The position numbers and the translations under genes are program-made. From positions 96,001-160,000 of the IMG/VR virus record IMGVR_UViG_3300032315_001401: 64,000 nucleotides of DNA; one strand, given 5' to 3'. Below the pieces are notes generated by a model, which worked only from the letters and a program-made list of their open reading frames with translations, did not search any database and was not told the DNA's origin. Positions within the stretch are counted from its first letter, which is position 1; each line of letters opens with the position of its first letter. Shown in pieces: positions 21,201 through 29,101 of this stretch. The DNA comes from a virus.

Positions 21201-24150
21201 ATGTAGAAAGTCCGGAAATATTAGAAGTTTCATATTCATATTCTACTATATCGCCATCAGAAAACCCATGATTTTTAAATGTAACTGCGTTATCATAAAT
21301 TGATATACCTGCTTGGGATACATTTAATTTTCTATTAGTATAACCTTCACCACCATTGATAACTGAAATGCCAGTTAATCTATTTTTTAGTTCAGTTTTA
21401 AACTTCTGAATTCCGGAATTTCCAATTGTGGTAAAACCTACAGTATTAATTCCCACACTATAATCTGAGTATGATTGATATATTTCAATAGTTTTATCAT
21501 TAATAATTTTTGGATAATATATTGCACCATCTATTAAAGTTTTTGATTGATCTAAGTTAGATCCATTAAATGTTCCTATCCCAATGGCAGAATTGTAGTT
21601 TTTGTCATATATGATAGGTTGCCCATTAATGAGATTGTGTGGCGATATAAAATATATTCTTTCATTACTAGTATCTAATCCACCTCCATTAGAAATTGAT
21701 CTTGCATCAAATTCCAATTCCCTCGCATACTTTTCAATAATTGGTTGAAAACTTGCTCCAGATCCATTTCCACCGGTGATAGCAATGGAAACAATAACAT
21801 CAATATCGAACTCTTGAGGATCTACGAATATTTTCTTTACTGTTCCGACCACTACCGGTTGAATTGATGCAGAACCATAAGATAATTGTAAAAGAGGGGG
21901 ATTGATTACATCAAAATTGCTGCCACCATTAAGAACATTTACATTATCAATTGGTCCATAATAAATTCTATCATTTGTTTTAAAACTGTGTATTTCAACT
22001 CCATTTTTTAGCATCCCAATGGAACCTGGAATTGTTTGATAAGTTTCTTTATCTCCCAATTTGGGATTTAATTTAAATTTCTTAAGTATTTTTTGACCAG
22101 AAATTTTATTTGATCTTTGAGAATATAGTATAAAATTATGCGTACCTGATAAAATACTCGATCCACTTGTTCCAAAACGGACAAAATCACTTGTACCAAC
22201 TACCGGACCACTTAAATATAGTTTAACTTGCCTTTTGTTAGTTAAAACTTCCACATAATAACTTCCTTCTTCCAATCCTGCTATAGGATTGCCATTGTTA
22301 GTGGAATAAAAAATTCTATCTCCAGTTATGAAAGAAACTTCAGTATTAAAATCAATTATTGTATATGAATCAGTTTCATTATCATAACCAGTCAGTTGAA
22401 AAGCATCATATTCAAAAGTATTAACTTGTATTTGATAAGATGGTAAAGAATTAGATGCAACATATAAATTGTCAGGTCTATCAATGTATACATTCTGAAC
22501 ATCTGAAATTAATTTATTATTTCCAAAATCAATAGGAACTATTGAAGATGAACATTTTTTAATTTTTCTTCTAATATCATACTTATCCAATGAATTTAGA
22601 AGAGATGTGTTAACACTGATGGTAACTGTATTGTTAATAATTGAATTAACATTTGCATTTTCAAATCCAGGAACTACTATTTCAGTATTTCTTTTTAATA
22701 CTTCAATTGTATCTCCAGAAGATAAACTAGTTGAATTTATATTAGATTTTGTTGTTAGTGTATTTCCTACAAAAGAATCTATTTCGTACCTAGAACTGGT
22801 ATTATAAATCCATATATTTGCAAATATTTCCTTAACCGTATTGCCGGAATCTATAACTTCTCCAAGATTTTTTGGATAAATTACATCATTATATGATAAC
22901 TCATAATTTTCAGTTTCAATATCAACGTCCGACAATACCCCAGTAATTCTAAATTCTACTTTTTTAGTCGTGTCTCCATTCTCATATCCATAATATGTTT
23001 CATTGGATATTAGTGATGCTGTTTTTGATATTGTTACTGGTGTAGATTTTGTATAGCATCCCAAAAATTGATTTACACTTTTATCAGAATAAACAATTTC
23101 ATTAGATCCAAAGAAAATACTTCCCGTTCTTGCAAAACCAACTGTCGAATCAACACTAATTACAGCAACTCCACTTTGTAAAGGAGTTACATTTACTTCC
23201 TCAACAACTTTAGTATTTGGTGTTATAGTAAATGTGCCGGTAACATTTGGATAAGTATCATCATATCCGACAAAAAAGTTTAATTTATAATATGTTACTC
23301 CGTTTCTAGTAATAGTTTCTACTTCAGAAACCGCAGCACTTGTATAATCATCAGTTGACTTTTTAATTGTTTGACCTACTAACTTGGTAGGATCTCCAGA
23401 AATTTTACTTATTACTGCAACATTTCTTCTAATATAACCAGCATCCGATGGTTTGATTAAGAATTTCTCAAGATTAATTACACTCGGGGTTTCCCCATAC
23501 AATACATTGAATAGTATTCTGAAAGATTCGGGAGTTCCTTTAGATTCATATAAAGTTCTTGCTTCTTTTATAAAATTTCCCACATCAAGATTTTCAGTAA
23601 AATCTAGTCCTTCTAATCCAGGAGTTAGACTAAACTTTATTTTCTTATAAAATTCTTGTAAAAATAAGGAACTTAAATTTTGTACCGAAGATCCTGATGT
23701 GTGTGAAGAAGCAGAAGATTGATTAAAAACTAATTCACCATATTGTAAGTCTTTATGATAATTTGTAACCCCACTGAATCCTCTTACACATCCAGTGAAA
23801 GTATTTCTAGATATAGCAGTGTATGTTATAATCTCATCATCAATTTTTAGAAGTCCATACTTTGCAGGAAAACCTCTAGTGCTAGATACGGAAATATTGG
23901 TAGAAGTTGTTGCAATATTACCTTCAAGAGTCGTATAACCAACAACTACTTCTGGAGTAAGATTATCAAGATTGATGTATTGATCTAAATTTTCAGCAAT
24001 ATCTATAGGACCGCCCTGATACTCTTGAGAGATATAATATTGCTTTAGAAATTCAGCAGCCTTTGGACTTTCATCTAAGATAAACTCCGGAATCTGACTA
24101 TCAATTATTTGTTGTACTTTTACTCTAGATTCAAAACCCGTTTGTATCAT
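12208..24150 (-). CDS. gp7: Baseplate wedge initiator gp7-like protein, 3980 aa
   Basis: MIQTGFESRVKVQQIIDSQIPEFI...FLKQYYISQE, YESKGTPESFRILFNVLYGE, IIGWAYDGNPIYG, DLDQYNGRFGKTKDFPEGVYAYF and NDYYQNLSYSVKS...HISGMKNF. Order is gp6-gp7-gp8. Confidence 0.88.
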   Translation of the reverse strand: MIQTGFESRVKVQQIIDSQIPEFILDESPKAAEFLKQYYISQEYQGGPIDIAENLDQYINLDNLTPEVVVGYTTLEGNIATTSTNISVSSTRGFPAKYGLLKIDDEIITYTAISRNTFTGCVRGFSGVTNYHKDLQYGELVFNQSSASSHTSGSSVQNLSSLFLQEFYKKIKFSLTPGLEGLDFTENLDVGNFIKEARTLYESKGTPESFRILFNVLYGETPSVINLEKFLIKPSDAGYIRRNVAVISKISGDPTKLVGQTIKKSTDDYTSAAVSEVETITRNGVTYYKLNFFVGYDDTYPNVTGTFTITPNTKVVEEVNVTPLQSGVAVISVDSTVGFARTGSIFFGSNEIVYSDKSVNQFLGCYTKSTPVTISKTASLISNETYYGYENGDTTKKVEFRITGVLSDVDIETENYELSYNDVIYPKNLGEVIDSGNTVKEIFANIWIYNTSSRYEIDSFVGNTLTTKSNINSTSLSSGDTIEVLKRNTEIVVPGFENANVNSIINNTVTISVNTSLLNSLDKYDIRRKIKKCSSSIVPIDFGNNKLISDVQNVYIDRPDNLYVASNSLPSYQIQVNTFEYDAFQLTGYDNETDSYTIIDFNTEVSFITGDRIFYSTNNGNPIAGLEEGSYYVEVLTNKRQVKLYLSGPVVGTSDFVRFGTSGSSILSGTHNFILYSQRSNKISGQKILKKFKLNPKLGDKETYQTIPGSIGMLKNGVEIHSFKTNDRIYYGPIDNVNVLNGGSNFDVINPPLLQLSYGSASIQPVVVGTVKKIFVDPQEFDIDVIVSIAITGGNGSGASFQPIIEKYARELEFDARSISNGGGLDTSNERIYFISPHNLINGQPIIYDKNYNSAIGIGTFNGSNLDQSKTLIDGAIYYPKIINDKTIEIYQSYSDYSVGINTVGFTTIGNSGIQKFKTELKNRLTGISVINGGEGYTNRKLNVSQAGISIYDNAVTFKNHGFSDGDIVEYEYETSNISGLSTSTKYKILKLNSDTFRLCNAGVGGTDNSNYQRKNYVNFSSTGSGYQIFKYPDIEISVEYTSVGIGSTQVKGAINATPIIKGSISDVYVYDKGYDYGSAILNVHKRPQVVVKNGKGAQFRPSIFNGKITDIQVLYGGSEYYSTPDLVITGDGIGAIARPVILDNKIVDVVVINPGYGYTFTNTFVKAIPSGKDEVIQVNVRELSVNNSYKYGIQNQFYRNPSSEVLIETNNNLEYAVIGYSQNVKTNIGDNKDTLGQHSDIIGWAYDGNPIYGSFGYSDPNNENSLIKKLEPGYSLTTIENRPSTIDFPYGYFIEDYRYTGNGDLDQYNGRFGKTKDFPEGVYAYFATTEINRDGELIGKFPYFIGNEYRSPYLEENIDLNQYFDFNNSKLLRNTLPYKVNDQYADNDFIIESNEIVNQKTIVESVSAGSVTGLDIIKSGSNYSVGEALIFDDSRSGGGGISAEVSEISGLEIININTTIDSYNDSIVEWQNGSAIKVYISPYHVFTNGDNINISGLSTQVSNLNGSYKVGFTTYTTFLDKNIPNYASTGIVTDIYLTSIPKNISIGSSIQIENEIFSVLNVYENFGIIKVDRSSSGVAHTQTTPVYFLPDSFIVNKTLDQFDSKVNSKIYFNPTKSVGVGTTSGSGISVNYNIGITTYNTFIPTQSIFLPNHPFKTNQQVILRKPSSASAISVSNTSGGASFNILRANSQVFYIINKSKDYVGIATNVGLTTTGGLFFLSSGTDDYHYSIESNLTQVKAKVNKISSVVSVSTSHQLRVGDQISLEISPDLSVGIGTSTSINVKLDSNTKKIIINPLSFNSSGINTATNSILLNSHNLNTGDKILYESLGTLPIGLTTGNYFVYKVDENTISLCETSYDSFISPPIIVSIGSTGSGYQKISKVNPQIKVIKNNNLVFNLSDPSLFGYDFKIYYDQNFEKEFVSIATTDSLSTIGVGTIGVSTISTLTLNYSDGIPEKLYYNLEKAGYISTTDKDVVNYSEIVFENSSYSGDYNIVSVGSTTFTISLKKIPESLRYGREDCDILKYSTTSSSSIGGISKVKLLSGGYSYRSMPIFGGVETETGSGAFIVPISSQIGKINQTRIVNEGFEYSSDKTLRPTASIPKFVYISSSNTIDNINILNGGQNYTSAPNLICIDSNTGEIINSGLLRANLSGSSITSVIIENEPKGLPINPVTIRAINNSNGISIDTIQSSSGIVTCFLTTPIAGFTSAPFSIGDKIFAEGIQKSGSSGDGFNSSDYGYQFFTVTNFQNLNPAKLEFSLSGLTTNPGIAKTIQESYATIINYNYYPQFKVIQKFSPFSIGEKLSSDSGNGFIVRDLTVISCDENFVRVSGNYDLSSGERIRGLESSNEATIDSVKFIDGVYNVNYFNLQKFGWKSETGKLNENFQVTSDNDYYQNLSYSVKSSKTWEEIVTPVNNLLHISGMKNFSDTQIINNVQSGIGTTESTLSLLNVFESDTRVDRINNLDLVVDVDILDSRSKFIKFRNIRLADYILCKTNRVLKIDDISSEFSSENDETSSVSNIVQINSGNNYNRFLVQIQNIYTNEAQFSEIVTINNDQDIFTLSKASLTSLSDQSLLADIEGYADSDSNFYLKFEPQDVNNSDFDIKILQDTFTSKTGVGTTQNVGFIDLISANKIVSSGITTSVFNLNSSKYSSVYSNIQISNGDSSDMNYVEIYLNHDGTNTYISEYYFDDEISETSYGFIGSFGASVSGGILSLNYTNTSSETITIRTKNVGFGTTAIGAGNYRFKLPGQSAGNERTVVFNSNFNNISSGSTSILVLDKFLFTSAKSVVKVGLGQTSALHQIMAINDGNDAYSIQYPFLSIGSTSGIGTFGAEISGNNFIIKFYADPSVSGNLEILSFSESFYTELDAINIPPDLNYSPVQQSVKIARYFGANSSNINKYDFDAEYEGNPIFMKTFDPTNTDILNPVTGVFTIPNHFFSTGEQLIYTPNSTFIGIGTSSMGIGATSNYVGVVTTILPSVVYAIKDTNDSFRISTRKEYANLGIAVTFTSLGLGNAHQLEMYKKNEKSIITINDIVQSPISYSYITHTLSGNGGQIGTASTIFALSGISSITPTDILKIDNEYMKINNVGLGTTNLGPITFNGNISLVGVTRGFLGSIAGVHTDTSIGRIYRGSYNISKNKIFFTEPPRGNSLDLLGPNEFNLPRERASFNGRVFLRQDYTSNQIYDDISDQFTGIGQTFILTSQGINTVGLGTSGGNGIVFINNIFQSPTTLNNSSNNYLISENAGATSITFTGITSSNNTLFKSEYDINQNQLPRGGIIVSFGSTGGLGIAPLVGASVTAIVGAGGTIVSVGLGTMDILGSGYRSPVSVAITETGHIGTGAVITANVGAGGKLSFNVINPGTGYTNPTVNVSSPSYENLPVIGVSRLGIGNTTDTGVGLLLNIEVGASSTATGIGSTLFEVKSFKIVRNGYSFKIGDVFKPVGLVTASGLSSPISEFELTVLDVFTDSFAAWQFGELDYIDSIKNYQDGIRTRFPLYYNSEILSFELDENDPDSQLIDLDSVLIIFINGVLQEPGSSYQFSGGTSFTFSVAPDPEDNISVFFYRGTRNQDTIQINVTETVKIGDTVQIFSNNANIQNTITQDARIIYDVSASDKIETNLYTGQGIDESNNKPLYWTKQKTDLILNGENVYKTRDSLESQVYPTANIIRNFSNSDNQIFVDDSSIFNYENESPINFSATIISKVSDLVPADVTAVVSTSGTISSLIINNPGSGYIGSSVTASISSPPSIGVGIRATANISIVDGSLSTVSITNPGFGYSQSIIPQVLIPSPDPIYENISNIIDVEGYDVSIVGIATTTGIGSPLALKFTLDRDPFLFPDLQVGYPVYISETTVGQGVTSINTSNTDIISISTSFSNNIYQIHAINSTLGIITCNIASNTSIVGIATTGTLKYPVGRLSWGRLSGFTRSINPISIGVSGYTSSVGITSLSYNTGLSTYPIIQRRGYGLRNNGSLKKNL

Positions 24151-24151
24151 A

Positions 24152-26104
24152 TTACGACCTCATTAATTTCCCGTTTGAGTAACTTGAACGATACGAATTT
24201 TTTGTAAAGACGACTCCGGAAATATCTTCCCCAGATGCAATTGTATCCTTTACCATATTTATTTGACTTTTTGAAACATCAAAAGATACATAAAGATCTT
24301 TAAGACCAATGACATCATTTGATTCTGGATATGCTTGTATTTCTATTAAATCATTTCCTAACTCTGTGGATGTAATTGTGATCGTATTTAGAGTTATTTC
24401 TCCATTTGTATAATTTACAACACCAGCAGATTGTACAACTACAAAAGGAGATAATGATGCAGTTGATACTCCTGCCGAGGTTTCAATAGGTTTTACAATT
24501 GAAACGACTCCTGTTACCCCATCTGCATTTGGAGTATCCGTAAGATATACAGTCTCAGATTCATTTAATATTTTAAACCCAGTTGATTTAATATTATAAC
24601 CGTATGAATTCATATGAAATTGATTACCAAAACATATTTCATACTGAGCTGGGCGACCTATAAGTGCTTTTAAATCTCTTCTAATTCTAACTCTGGTGAT
24701 GTTTGATGTAATTGCAGTATCGGTATTATCAATGACTTGAAGAAGTTTACTATATTTAAACCTACCTCCAAATTTATTTAAATCTACAGATTGTGAATAT
24801 TTGTTAAGTGAGTTATTTACTCTTGTTTTTAAATCAGAAACACTTCCAACCTGACTATAATTATAATAAACATAAGATTCAATTTCAACATATAGTATTT
24901 TAAGATCTACTATTTTTGGACGCATACCAGAAACACTATATTGAGATAATTTAGAAAGTATTTGCTCTTTATCAAAATCAGAAACAAATGTTCCATTTTT
25001 TGGTTTAATGCTAATTGAAACAGTCCCATATTCTGGAGGACTTAATTCTTCACCACCAACAACAGAAACAGACTCTGCGTTTCCATAAATTTTTGATTTA
25101 ATAATTGTTTCATAATCACTTGCAGTTACTGCTCTATACTGGGAAGAATATAGACGAGGTGCAAAGTAACGAATTGAATCTATTGTTTCTATATCAGACC
25201 CATTTTGGGCACTTTGATTTGTGGTAATGGTAATTGCATCATTTGTTGCGCGGACAATTCTATCATCTGCATCTCTAAAAGAACCTTCAAAAGTAAATGA
25301 ATTTGCCCCGTTTCCATTTTTACCACTTGTTACAATATAATTTGTAGTAATGACTGTGGAATTTTCAAGTTTTTTGCCAAATATTCCATCACCAAAAAGA
25401 AGTTGATATTTTTCGTCTTGCACTTCTTGGACTAAAAAGATTTCTGAGTTTGAATTAACATCAAAGATATTATCAACTAAAGAATATAAAGAACCAAGAC
25501 CACTATCACTAACACCCTTAATATAGACTCTGATCGTAGAAGTATCAATAAATGGATTTTCAAGAACAAACTTTTGATCTAGTGATGCATTAACAGTAAA
25601 CTTTTTAGTTAAGAAAGTTCCTTCTCTGATTGTAATATTGCTAAATGTTGCAATCCCATTTACAACAGGGACGGTAATATTTTCTGGAATTGAAAAGACA
25701 TAGGACGATCCTTTTACAAGACCGGTGCATACAAGTCCTGCTTGTAAAGTAACTGAAGATGTATATACAGGTGTGCCGTCCTGTAATATTTGATCTGGAT
25801 CTACTGATATGCTAAATGAAACTATTGCATTTGCAGCATTTCTGGAGTATGGAACATAACCAATATTTCTTGCCAGAGAGACAACGTTTTCTCTTACAGT
25901 TGCAGAATCCAAGAAGGATTCATTGACAACCATATTTGAATTGAATGCGGTGATATAAGTATTATATGCTAATGTGTCGATTAAAACAGAAAAATTCGAC
26001 CCTTCAAAATCAAAGTCCGTAAATGTGGAGTTAGCACGGAGATAATCTTTGATTGAAGTTTTTATCTGATCGAAATCTAGATTTGTAAATTGAGTAAAAG
26101 GCAT
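24152..26104 (-). CDS. gp6: Baseplate wedge subunit gp6
   Basis: MPFTQFTNLDFDQIKTSIKDYLRANSTFTDFDFEGSNFSVLIDTLAYNTY, SQYRAVTASDYE and FGGRFKYSK. Confidence 0.95.
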   Translation of the reverse strand: MPFTQFTNLDFDQIKTSIKDYLRANSTFTDFDFEGSNFSVLIDTLAYNTYITAFNSNMVVNESFLDSATVRENVVSLARNIGYVPYSRNAANAIVSFSISVDPDQILQDGTPVYTSSVTLQAGLVCTGLVKGSSYVFSIPENITVPVVNGIATFSNITIREGTFLTKKFTVNASLDQKFVLENPFIDTSTIRVYIKGVSDSGLGSLYSLVDNIFDVNSNSEIFLVQEVQDEKYQLLFGDGIFGKKLENSTVITTNYIVTSGKNGNGANSFTFEGSFRDADDRIVRATNDAITITTNQSAQNGSDIETIDSIRYFAPRLYSSQYRAVTASDYETIIKSKIYGNAESVSVVGGEELSPPEYGTVSISIKPKNGTFVSDFDKEQILSKLSQYSVSGMRPKIVDLKILYVEIESYVYYNYSQVGSVSDLKTRVNNSLNKYSQSVDLNKFGGRFKYSKLLQVIDNTDTAITSNITRVRIRRDLKALIGRPAQYEICFGNQFHMNSYGYNIKSTGFKILNESETVYLTDTPNADGVTGVVSIVKPIETSAGVSTASLSPFVVVQSAGVVNYTNGEITLNTITITSTELGNDLIEIQAYPESNDVIGLKDLYVSFDVSKSQINMVKDTIASGEDISGVVFTKNSYRSSYSNGKLMRS

Positions 26105-26105
26105 T

Positions 26106-26507
26106 TTATCTGGTTGCCTCTAATATAAATGAAAATTGTTGTGTTGGAACTTCTTGTCCGATAATATTAAAAATTACAGTCACTTCAAACTCATTTGTAT
26201 CCGGACTTGGATTGACTTCAACATCTACATTATCAACTCTAGGTTCATAGTTAGAAATTGTATTAATAATTTGCTCTCTGATTACAGATGCGGTTGCAAA
26301 ATCAACAAACTCAAACAAACTGGAGCGGACATCAGATCCCAAACTTGGATTGAAAAATCTTTCGTTTGGGATTGTTTCTACAAGATTACGAATTGATCGT
26401 ATAATTGCATTTTGATTTTTCAAAATTGGCAGATCTTTTGTCACAGGATGTGGATCAAAAGACAGGCTAATATCCTTAAATGATCTAGATATTCGTGTAA
26501 CTGCCAT
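26106..26507 (-). CDS. gp25: Baseplate wedge subunit gp25 (GPW/gp25 family)
   Basis: FKDISLSF...AIIRSIRNLVETIPNERFFNPSLGSDVRSSLFE...YEPRV. Immediately upstream of gp6. Confidence 0.95.
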   Translation of the reverse strand: MAVTRISRSFKDISLSFDPHPVTKDLPILKNQNAIIRSIRNLVETIPNERFFNPSLGSDVRSSLFEFVDFATASVIREQIINTISNYEPRVDNVDVEVNPSPDTNEFEVTVIFNIIGQEVPTQQFSFILEATR

Positions 26508-26528
26508 TGGATATGAAATTTCTTGGAT

Positions 26529-26536
26529 TATTTATG
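26529..26536 (-). promoter_or_regulatory. T4-type late promoter (CATAAATA)
   Basis: About 22 nt upstream of the gp25 start. Confidence 0.65.
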
Positions 26537-26537
26537 T

Positions 26538-26780
26538 TTATTTCCAAGAAGAACCATATCCAGGTTCAGTTCCATATTCCCAATCATCATAGTCCGCATC
26601 ATTACGAATTTTTTCGTGTAACTCTTGTTGCTTTTTTAAGTCATGCTTAGGTGCCAAATCGTGCATAACCTCTTGAATGACTCTTTTTGATGGTACATTT
26701 TCATAATCTGTAATCAGGTGAGTAGTTCCCCACATTTCTCTCATATAATTCGAATCTCTATCTACTGGTAAGTTTGACAT
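26538..26780 (-). CDS. Conserved cyanophage hypothetical protein
   Basis: MSNLPVDRDSNYMREMWGTTHLITDY...; has an SD (AGGAG) upstream. Confidence 0.7.
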   Translation of the reverse strand: MSNLPVDRDSNYMREMWGTTHLITDYENVPSKRVIQEVMHDLAPKHDLKKQQELHEKIRNDADYDDWEYGTEPGYGSSWK

Positions 26781-26847
26781 TTTGCTCCTGTTTTAAATGA
26801 ATAAAACAGAACTTTTATGAAGGAGGTTGCTATCTCCTTATTTCTAT

Positions 26848-27189
26848 TTAACGATCCACTTCTCTCAATGAATAATTATCCGAATCTAGGTATTTAAGCA
26901 TTTCTAAAGCAACTAATTTGGGATTTCCTTCACCGCAAGTATAAACATCAATTGCAATACACCCCTCTTCTGGCCAAGTATGGCAAGATACATGACTTTC
27001 CGCAAGGGCAATAACTATTGTGCAACCTTGAGGTAAAAAACAATGTGAAAATATATTCAGAATTGTCATTTTGGCACGTTCGATGCCCCTGATCATGACG
27101 TTCTGTAGAGATTCTACATCATTGATTAGGTGAAAATCGACATTATACACCTCTAAGAGTAGGTGTTTGCCCATCGAAAATCTTTCCAA
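26848..27189 (-). CDS. speD: Pyruvoyl-dependent S-adenosylmethionine decarboxylase proenzyme (class 1B)
   Basis: GKHLLLEVY...HCFLPQGCTIVIALAESHVSCHTWPEEGCIAIDVYTCG contains the E-SH self-cleavage site and the HTWPE and DVYTCG motifs. Confidence 0.92.
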   Translation of the reverse strand: MERFSMGKHLLLEVYNVDFHLINDVESLQNVMIRGIERAKMTILNIFSHCFLPQGCTIVIALAESHVSCHTWPEEGCIAIDVYTCGEGNPKLVALEMLKYLDSDNYSLREVDR

Positions 27190-27209
27190 TTCGGTTTGTG
27201 CAAAAAATA

Positions 27210-27217
27210 TATTTATT
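27210..27217 (-). promoter_or_regulatory. Possible T4-type late promoter (AATAAATA) for speD
   Basis: Reverse complement of tatttatt, about 20 nt upstream of the speD start. Confidence 0.5.
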
Positions 27218-27812
27218 TTATTAAAAATCCCTTTCTTTTATCACCAATATCAACAATAAATTCATAATCTTCATAAATTTCAGGTATATCTTCGTTCCAA
27301 ACTGGTATTGCAACAGTGTTATTATACCTAAAATTAGGATTTCTACGAAATTGAACCTCAATGAGATGCCCATCTATGAATTCACAATTAATCCACTCAT
27401 AATTTTTCTTTAAATTTTTTAAAATATCAGGAAATTCGACTTTTTTGTCAATTTTTTCCCATTTTGACCACTTATAAATGGGATTTTTTTCATCACGAGT
27501 GCCCAATATTACTAATTCTTGCTTCTCATGATGAAAATCGACACTTAAATGCTCACCTTTAAAAACTTCACACCAAAATTCTGATGGGTGAAAGTCATCT
27601 GTAGTTTTTTCTATCCATTCTATACGAGCAAAACGGCTCATTCCAAGTAAATTGAAGGATGGTCGAACAATATAAAAGTCGGGTTTAGGTACTGTAGTTC
27701 CAGAAGGACCACAAGTATAACCTAAACGCCGACTTATGAATAGTTTATTATAAACCCAAAGATCTTCCGAATGTATATGATTCCATTCATCATCACATTC
27801 TAGAAAATACAT
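27213..27812 (-). CDS. ATP-grasp-fold hypothetical protein
   Basis: YNKL...YIVRPSFNLLGMS, WCEVFKGEHLSVDF and INCEFIDGHLIEVQFR follow the order of ATP-grasp motifs. Confidence 0.6.
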   Translation of the reverse strand: MYFLECDDEWNHIHSEDLWVYNKLFISRRLGYTCGPSGTTVPKPDFYIVRPSFNLLGMSRFARIEWIEKTTDDFHPSEFWCEVFKGEHLSVDFHHEKQELVILGTRDEKNPIYKWSKWEKIDKKVEFPDILKNLKKNYEWINCEFIDGHLIEVQFRRNPNFRYNNTVAIPVWNEDIPEIYEDYEFIVDIGDKRKGFLIK

Positions 27813-27958
27813 TACCTCTTTCCTTGCCCTCTATACTTTTTACGAGCGGAATTACGAGAAGACGCTGAGTATTTAGTATTAGACCCACATCCTTGCCGAG
27901 TATTCTTTGGATGAGACTCAACTTCTTTTCCACCACTTAAAGATTTTTTGATTGCCAT
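27812..27958 (-). CDS. Small basic conserved phage protein (48 aa, not in ORF track)
   Basis: MAIKKSLSGGKEVESHPKNTRQGCGSNTKYSASSRNSARKKYRGQGKR. Its stop overlaps the next ATG. Confidence 0.7.
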   Translation of the reverse strand: MAIKKSLSGGKEVESHPKNTRQGCGSNTKYSASSRNSARKKYRGQGKR

Positions 27959-27961
27959 AAG

Positions 27962-28123
27962 TTATTCTCCAATAATTTCAGTTTCAAGTTCTTCAGGTCG
28001 TGGAGAACCTGTCTGATAGAATTCGATTGACAGGTCCTCCATAACTTCGAAATATTCTTCCTCTGTGAGTGAGGAATAAATTTTTCTTCCTTTACAAAGA
28101 ATATTGTAAGATTCGTTAGTCAT
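27962..28123 (-). CDS. Conserved cyanophage hypothetical protein (53 aa)
   Basis: MTNESYNILCKGRKIYSSLTEEEYFEVMEDLSIEFYQTGSPRPEELETEIIGE. Likely start is 28123, not 28276. Confidence 0.65.
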   Translation of the reverse strand: MTNESYNILCKGRKIYSSLTEEEYFEVMEDLSIEFYQTGSPRPEELETEIIGE

Positions 28124-28124
28124 C

Positions 28125-28883
28125 TCAAATGATTCTTGTTTTTTCGTGCCCAACGCGAATGCGAGGATCGCACCAAATTTCAAATCCCGATTCCTTTGCA
28201 TCCAAACAGAATGATACATCTTCTCCACACATGTCCTGAACCTCACCAGATTCAAATACTTGCATTTTGGGTGCAAACCATGGATACTTCATTTCGGAGT
28301 GCTCAAAGACACCATGCTTAATCAGCAACCAACCAAAACCTGCATAATCTACAGTGAATGGTTTACGACGCTTTGAGATGCTTTCAACGGTTTCGTGATT
28401 CATCACACCACCATTATTTCTGAAGTCATCTTCTTCCATCCAATGAGCAACCGAAGTCGTGTGCCCATCTTCTGTTGCATACCAACCAGAAGCAATGTCT
28501 CTGTCCATCAGAACCAATTGCCAAAACTTTTCAGTGTTGAAAACAATGTCAGAGTCAATCCAGAGTTGCCAATCATATTTCAGTTTACCATCCCAAGGAA
28601 TTTGGTCTGGTCCACGAAGAACATTTGCCCCAAGACACTTGCAACGTGCAAAGTTGACCATTGAGGAATAGTCTTGTGAGATTTGAATACTTGCGCCGCT
28701 TTGCACCAAATCAAAACAGAGTTGTACAAAGTTTTTCAGATAGGTATATGAAACACCTCTACCTGGAAGACAAAAGACAATCGACTTGCCTTTCACCATT
28801 TCTCTTGCAAGATTATAGTCCCATTCCTCTGTTGGTTTTTGAGTAGCGGGCGATTTTGCTTTTACCGTAAATCCTTTAGCCAT
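28125..28883 (-). CDS. GT-A fold glycosyltransferase-like protein
   Basis: IVFCLPGR, SMVNFARCKCLG, LWIDSDI (DxD), FGWLLIKHGVFE, GEDVSFC and VGHEK are GT2-like motifs. Confidence 0.75.
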   Translation of the reverse strand: MAKGFTVKAKSPATQKPTEEWDYNLAREMVKGKSIVFCLPGRGVSYTYLKNFVQLCFDLVQSGASIQISQDYSSMVNFARCKCLGANVLRGPDQIPWDGKLKYDWQLWIDSDIVFNTEKFWQLVLMDRDIASGWYATEDGHTTSVAHWMEEDDFRNNGGVMNHETVESISKRRKPFTVDYAGFGWLLIKHGVFEHSEMKYPWFAPKMQVFESGEVQDMCGEDVSFCLDAKESGFEIWCDPRIRVGHEKTRII

Positions 28884-28930
28884 AATAGAAAGCAGTTACT
28901 TCAGTATCATACAACATTATCTATAAGAAG

Positions 28931-29101
28931 TCAATCTGCCTCTGAGAGAATGACTTCAGATCCATCCATAGTAAAGCATATCTTAGTATCTTCATACCAA
29001 GAAAGTTCATTCATAATTTGCTCTGGAATTTTGATGAAGTAGTCTCCACTAATTGGATCAACCTCTATGGGCTCAAAAATATTCCCGGAATTTTTTTTCA
29101 T
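28931..29101 (-). CDS. AbrB/MazE/SpoVT-like small DNA-binding protein (56 aa)
   Basis: EVDPISGDYFIKIPEQIMNELSWYEDTKICFTMDGSEVIL fits the swapped-hairpin pattern (xxIPxxxxxxLgwxxGdxlxxxxxgxxixl). Confidence 0.6.
   Translation of the reverse strand: MKKNSGNIFEPIEVDPISGDYFIKIPEQIMNELSWYEDTKICFTMDGSEVILSEAD

Noticed and set aside
12208-24150. The 3980-aa size of gp7 as a novelty or a fusion/readthrough artefact
   Set aside because: Multi-thousand-residue gp7-like wedge proteins with repeat insertions are known in cyanomyophages; the ORF is open in the standard code.
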